From positions 42,805-106,804 of the IMG/VR virus record IMGVR_UViG_3300037247_001314: 64,000 bases of DNA, one strand, 5' to 3'. Numbering within the stretch: position 1 is the stretch's first letter; every line of letters begins with the position of its first letter. This DNA is from a virus. The translations under genes and the position numbers were made by a program. Under the pieces are notes generated by a model. It was not told where the DNA came from and did not search any database. It saw nothing but the letters and a program-made list of their open reading frames with translations. Positions 59,769 to 64,000 of the stretch are shown here, one piece after another.

Positions 59769-62165
59769 TCAGGAACTGACTTCGGGGATCACACCAGCAA
59801 CAGTTAGCTCGTCGATGAACGCCTCAAAAGCTCCGAGCGTGCTCGACGGTAGAAAAAACGGATAGTGCGTATACTCTACGGGATCGGTCGCTGGAATGGG
59901 CGTGGTGTCGTCAGAGCTATCGATTAGCGCTTGAGCGCTCAGCACCATCGTGTACCGCACCCGCATGATGAGTTCGATGTTTGTGAAGTTGAACGGAGGG
60001 TTGTCTCGCAACGTCGCCACCAAACCCGCGACCGATCCAGCATCGGACAACTCCCACGCGAGCGTACCGGTCTCATCAACAAAGTTGGGGTCCAGACGCA
60101 CCGTCAACCCAGATTCAGTTACGTAACCTGAGGACTCACGAAGCTCCCACGTGATGGTGGTCTCAGTGACAAACGATTGGCCAATGCTGACGCTGTTCAC
60201 TTCCACTTCATCAGCGGAAATGTAAGCGGTGATTTGAAACACGCCGGTGTTTGTCGGATTAGCTGCCAACGGCACGAGAATGACGCGGCCGATATCTCCA
60301 GGCACAAATGCGCTGGCAGTAGCGTCTACAAACCTATCAGGCGCTCCCGAACTTACAGCCCCGTTGGTCCCACTCGTGCCGGTAGCCGCACCAACAACGA
60401 GGCACTCGCCAGAGGCCCCCTCTTCTCCTGGCTGGAAGGGGAAACCTGTGAGCGTATCGAGAACGTGTGTGGCCAAACTGCTCCCCGCGTTAGGACCGGC
60501 GCCCAACACTTCGAGCGTTTTGCCCTGGTCGTCTGGAAACTTGAACGCGTCGTCATCGTTTACAACAGTAACGCGAGCCACATGCGCGGTTTCAACGAAG
60601 GCGCGGTCTTTCTCCCGGCCCACAAGTGTGACCTTGTCTACGTCGACAAAAGTAGCGGCCACCCAAGTGCCGTTGTTGTTGCCCCCCTGCGCATTGGTTA
60701 CCTGCGAATCGAAGGTGCGCACCGCGCTGCCCACGTCGGCGGCGAGGAGATTGGCGGAGTTTGTGTCCAGAGTCGACGGAGCAGCGGCCAGGGTGTCCGC
60801 AACCGTGCCTCGCACATTCCAATAGTCCGTCGAGGTCTCTGCGTTAAAGTTGACGCTCTTGACGAAAATGTCTGGAAGCTCGGTGGCAGCCGTGACGCCA
60901 AATACGAAAGAGGTCTCGGTCGTGGCCGAAAACGAAGCATGAGCGAGCGTCTGGACAACAACGCCATTGCGGGTGAGCGCGACGAGGTCCTCTGCCTTTT
61001 TGTGTATAGCGTAGGTTGCGTACTCGTCAGCGGTGAAGTCGCTGCTACCTGCAATGAAGTTTCCAGACGAGTTTCCAAAACCAACGGCAACGTCCCCCCC
61101 ACCGGCGTCTTCGAACACGATACGCAGCAGGCGGGCCCCATCGGCAAGGTCGAGCGTAAAGTTTTGGTTCCCGTTAGACGTGAGCGCAGCGAAGCGCAAG
61201 TGCGCGTCCAAATAGGCATTGGCCGACTCGGGTTGGATACGGGCGTGGTGCGTGTAGAGTCCAGACGCAGCGCCTCCTGTCATATCAAACTGCGTGACGC
61301 CGTCGTCTGCGGCTACGTTGGCCACTTCAACGCCTTCGCTGCCAGTGCCTGAAAAAGTCCAGACAGCTATCCCCGCGTCACCAGTGTAGCGAATCTCAGT
61401 GAACACACTGGGTAGTTGGGTGAGTAGTTCAAACTCTCCAAGCTCGTCGGCGAGCAGCGCGCTGGCAAAGATGCCAACGAGGGATGCTTCCGCGAGCGTT
61501 ACCTCTTTTGCAGCGTCGTCTAACGCCAATGGTAAATCCACCCCTACGTAGGCTTTGCCCTCCGACACCGTGGTCAGCAGTAAAATGCCGCCCGTGATGC
61601 GAATGAACACCGTGTTGGGAGTGACAACGAGGTTCTCGTAGACTTCGAAGTTACCAGCACCAAAGAAAGCTGTGAGAGCCAACTCCAGCGCGTAGATAGT
61701 TCCCTTCGGTGTGTACGCTAAAGCTTTGATAACTTCGCGGAACACATCGTCATCAGAGAGTTCAGGGGGCCGACCAACGCCAAGGTTGCGACCGAGCGTC
61801 GATAAGTCCGCCCCCACCGCACTGTCCACAAACAAACTTAGGCGCAGTTTGTCAAGGTCACTAAACTCCCGTGAGAAGTCGATGACGTCGGACAGGACGG
61901 CAACGTCCCCCTTGAGCCCCGTGACCTCCGTAACACCCTCGAAGTGCGTGATGCCGTCCAGCGTCGTGAGCGTCTTGCTCGCGTAGAGGTGGACGATGCT
62001 ATTGACCACGATGACGCCCGAGTCAGGCCACTCGTTCGTGGTCTCCACGGTGAGCGTTGTATCAGTAACGGCAGCGGCCACCGTGGAGCGCGTGAACCGC
62101 ACCCCACCGAGCTCGTTGAGCAGCCCGCCGATAGCGCGCGTGATAGCTTCGAGGACGCCAGCCAT
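59769..62165 (-). CDS. Baseplate wedge/tail-associated protein
   Basis: DSAVGADLSTLGRNLGVGRP...DDVFREVIKA...KGTIYAL and C-terminal AGV. Confidence 0.7.
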   Translation of the reverse strand: MAGVLEAITRAIGGLLNELGGVRFTRSTVAAAVTDTTLTVETTNEWPDSGVIVVNSIVHLYASKTLTTLDGITHFEGVTEVTGLKGDVAVLSDVIDFSREFSDLDKLRLSLFVDSAVGADLSTLGRNLGVGRPPELSDDDVFREVIKALAYTPKGTIYALELALTAFFGAGNFEVYENLVVTPNTVFIRITGGILLLTTVSEGKAYVGVDLPLALDDAAKEVTLAEASLVGIFASALLADELGEFELLTQLPSVFTEIRYTGDAGIAVWTFSGTGSEGVEVANVAADDGVTQFDMTGGAASGLYTHHARIQPESANAYLDAHLRFAALTSNGNQNFTLDLADGARLLRIVFEDAGGGDVAVGFGNSSGNFIAGSSDFTADEYATYAIHKKAEDLVALTRNGVVVQTLAHASFSATTETSFVFGVTAATELPDIFVKSVNFNAETSTDYWNVRGTVADTLAAAPSTLDTNSANLLAADVGSAVRTFDSQVTNAQGGNNNGTWVAATFVDVDKVTLVGREKDRAFVETAHVARVTVVNDDDAFKFPDDQGKTLEVLGAGPNAGSSLATHVLDTLTGFPFQPGEEGASGECLVVGAATGTSGTNGAVSSGAPDRFVDATASAFVPGDIGRVILVPLAANPTNTGVFQITAYISADEVEVNSVSIGQSFVTETTITWELRESSGYVTESGLTVRLDPNFVDETGTLAWELSDAGSVAGLVATLRDNPPFNFTNIELIMRVRYTMVLSAQALIDSSDDTTPIPATDPVEYTHYPFFLPSSTLGAFEAFIDELTVAGVIPEVSS

Positions 62166-62938
62166 CAGACGTTTACCCTCCGTGCATCAAAACCGTCGAT
62201 CCACTGGTTCCTTAGATTGTTGAAGTTTTCTCGCATAGTGATCCAAAACCCTACGCGGCACGACGCTGTGCCGTAGGGAACGAACCTCCCACCGGGGCCG
62301 ACCACAACTTCCTGCAACAATGTCCAGACAGGCGTGGCCTCCGTGCCAGAGTTGTAGTAGGCGCGGACAGTGTCGCGATCGACGGTGGGTCCGTTTTTGG
62401 TCGGGATAACGTCAATCCTAACTTGCACCCACGTGCTCACTCCGATGTTGACTAAATCTGTATAGAGAGGCGACCCGAGTGTTCCACCGTTCGTTCCGTT
62501 CACCGCGAAGCCGAGAAACCCATTATCGCTATTCGCATTTCCGCCAGTCCGACCCCCCATCCCCATGCAGAGGCCAGAATGGTAGTTGTTGCTGCTGCTC
62601 GAACCCCCGAGACCACCTTTGACGTGGATACCAACCGCGCACTTTTCATTGTTGTTCGTAGCGGAGCGGATCCAGGCACGCACTGAGATGGCAGCCGTAT
62701 CGGGATATTGAAAGAAATCGGGGTGTGCGATCTCCTCAAGATTGTACGTCAATGTTGTGTTGTGGACTCCATTCGTATTCGACTGCGCGTAGCGTCGACA
62801 ATCCGCGCCGTTCAGAGTGAGCGGACTACCGAGCGAAGCGTTTATTTGCTGCGTCCCCTCGTCACCACCTATGAACGCTGGGGGACCGCTGTTTACAAAC
62901 TTAACCGTATCCCAATCTACAAACGCCATCAGGTCCAC
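62165..62938 (-). CDS. Virion structural protein (beta-sandwich-like)
   Basis: Beta-rich, in the baseplate cluster. Confidence 0.55.
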   Translation of the reverse strand: MDLMAFVDWDTVKFVNSGPPAFIGGDEGTQQINASLGSPLTLNGADCRRYAQSNTNGVHNTTLTYNLEEIAHPDFFQYPDTAAISVRAWIRSATNNNEKCAVGIHVKGGLGGSSSSNNYHSGLCMGMGGRTGGNANSDNGFLGFAVNGTNGGTLGSPLYTDLVNIGVSTWVQVRIDVIPTKNGPTVDRDTVRAYYNSGTEATPVWTLLQEVVVGPGGRFVPYGTASCRVGFWITMRENFNNLRNQWIDGFDARRVNV

Positions 62939-63621
62939 CCACTCGCTGTTTCAAAGCTCTCTGTCTGTTGTGTATCAGGAGCATCGAAGTCAGGCGTAGG
63001 CACGACGATGCCAGTCCACCCCGATGTCGCCTCGAAGCTGTCCAAGAACTGTGTGCTTGGCGCGTCAAAATCGGGCTCACAGAACCCGGTCCACCCCTCA
63101 CACGCCTCAAAGCTGTCCACCTGCTGTGTGTCGGGGGACTCGAAGTCCGCCACTGGAGGCAGCGCACCGAGGAGCGCGGCCACCGTATTCAAACTGCGGG
63201 CGCCCGTCCGCATTCTTGGAGGAAATGCCCGGCGAAGTTCAAACACTTTCGAGCGCCAGCTCCTCGCGGCCACAACGAGTCCTTGGGGCAGCGATCCCGA
63301 GGAGGCTCCCTGTATGACCTCGACAGTGAAGTCCGCGCCGATGGGCATCGGGGGCATGACTACGCGAAGGACGTTGCCCGCAAGAGGCACGGGCCGGTTC
63401 CCTTGCCCACGTGAACCGCTGTAGCACTCGAACGTCAAGGCCTCACGCGTGATGAGGACTTGAGCGGGCTCGTTCTTGAACGTGCCGATGAGGAACACCT
63501 CGTTCCCCCCATCGTCGTCCACCACCGACGGCTGAATAGAATCCACGGCCACCGTGGTGGTCGAGAAATCCTCAAGCGGCGGCGGCACGAAGCCCGTGAA
63601 GATATCAGACATGAGACACAC
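62929..63621 (-). CDS. Virion protein with an IPT/TIG-like domain and three C-terminal repeats
   Basis: SIQPSVVDDDGGNEVFLIG; three copies of DF[ED]xPxTQxxxSFExxxGWT. Confidence 0.6.
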   Translation of the reverse strand: MCLMSDIFTGFVPPPLEDFSTTTVAVDSIQPSVVDDDGGNEVFLIGTFKNEPAQVLITREALTFECYSGSRGQGNRPVPLAGNVLRVVMPPMPIGADFTVEVIQGASSGSLPQGLVVAARSWRSKVFELRRAFPPRMRTGARSLNTVAALLGALPPVADFESPDTQQVDSFEACEGWTGFCEPDFDAPSTQFLDSFEATSGWTGIVVPTPDFDAPDTQQTESFETASGWT

Positions 63622-63690
63622 CGTAGCGCATCCGCGTGAAGCCGGAAGGGGCTACGCGTCCAGACAGTCGGGCGACATTCAGACAAGCCA

Positions 63691-64000
63691 TTAGGTGAGT
63701 GTCACGTTGCCCGCTGTTGTCCGCGGGAGTTGGTCGTCTAAGATAATGACGTCGATAGCTGGCAGCGTGAGCGTGGTATTCGTGACCCCCGAAACGCTCA
63801 TGATGATTTCGATAAGCCGGTTGCGGAGCACATCTCCTGAAATACCAAGATTGTTAATGTACTCCAGTATCGCGTCAGAAACCTCTGTCTGGACGGAAAG
63901 CTCGTCGAAACCTTCAGCAATGACGAGGTTCGCGGTCACCTGCTGAATGAGTATCTGGGGAACGGCAGTTAGCACTCGCACGCCGCCCGCGCGCCAGCCT
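63691..64000 (-). CDS. Baseplate J-like protein, C-terminal part
   Basis: RAGGVRV...AILEYINNLGISGDVLRNRLIEIIMSVSGVTN. Confidence 0.75.
   Translation of the reverse strand, partial: GWRAGGVRVLTAVPQILIQQVTANLVIAEGFDELSVQTEVSDAILEYINNLGISGDVLRNRLIEIIMSVSGVTNTTLTLPAIDVIILDDQLPRTTAGNVTLT

Noticed and set aside
143-63893. TCCAGAC repeats as a CRISPR array or tandem repeat
   Set aside because: Only 7-8 bp, irregular spacing, both orientations, inside genes, and no cas genes.
1-64000. tRNA, rRNA, integrase, transposase or reverse-transcriptase (DGR/retron) genes
   Set aside because: No recognisable motifs by eye; tRNAscan-SE and HMM searches were not run.

Overview
A 64-kb segment of a large, GC-rich (roughly 60%) tailed dsDNA bacteriophage. 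The baseplate genes suggest a myovirus, and one protein family hints at a Myxococcota/deltaproteobacterial host (inference). Essentially all genes lie on the minus strand. In transcription order (right to left): baseplate and tail-fibre genes (64.0-57.5 kb); a holin/spanin-like cassette (57.2-56.1 kb); a replication/recombination block (56-34 kb) with an intein-containing SF2 helicase, Hfq-like protein, DnaB-like helicase, primase, sigma-like factor, family A DNA polymerase, UvsY-like protein, SSB, RecA, SbcCD, HNH nuclease and beta-clamp; an amidase; then about 33 kb of small accessory genes (ADP-ribosylglycohydrolase, Dam, PHP, XRE, MazG-like, ThyX, HAD, HU, C5 methyltransferase, many hypotheticals). 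Most unusual signals: (1) a zinc-finger/DUF559-type endonuclease with its own Shine-Dalgarno site, written in an alternative frame inside the helicase intein; (2) the heptamer TCCAGAC, about 120 copies by manual count versus about 8 expected, split evenly between orientations; (3) a basic R-[AGP]-V-x-[LIV] peptide tag near the termini of about nine unrelated proteins; (4) a dual-frame alpha/beta C5 methyltransferase; (5) two repeated promoter/operator classes. No tRNA, rRNA or CRISPR array was seen. Family assignments come from remembered motifs, not database searches.
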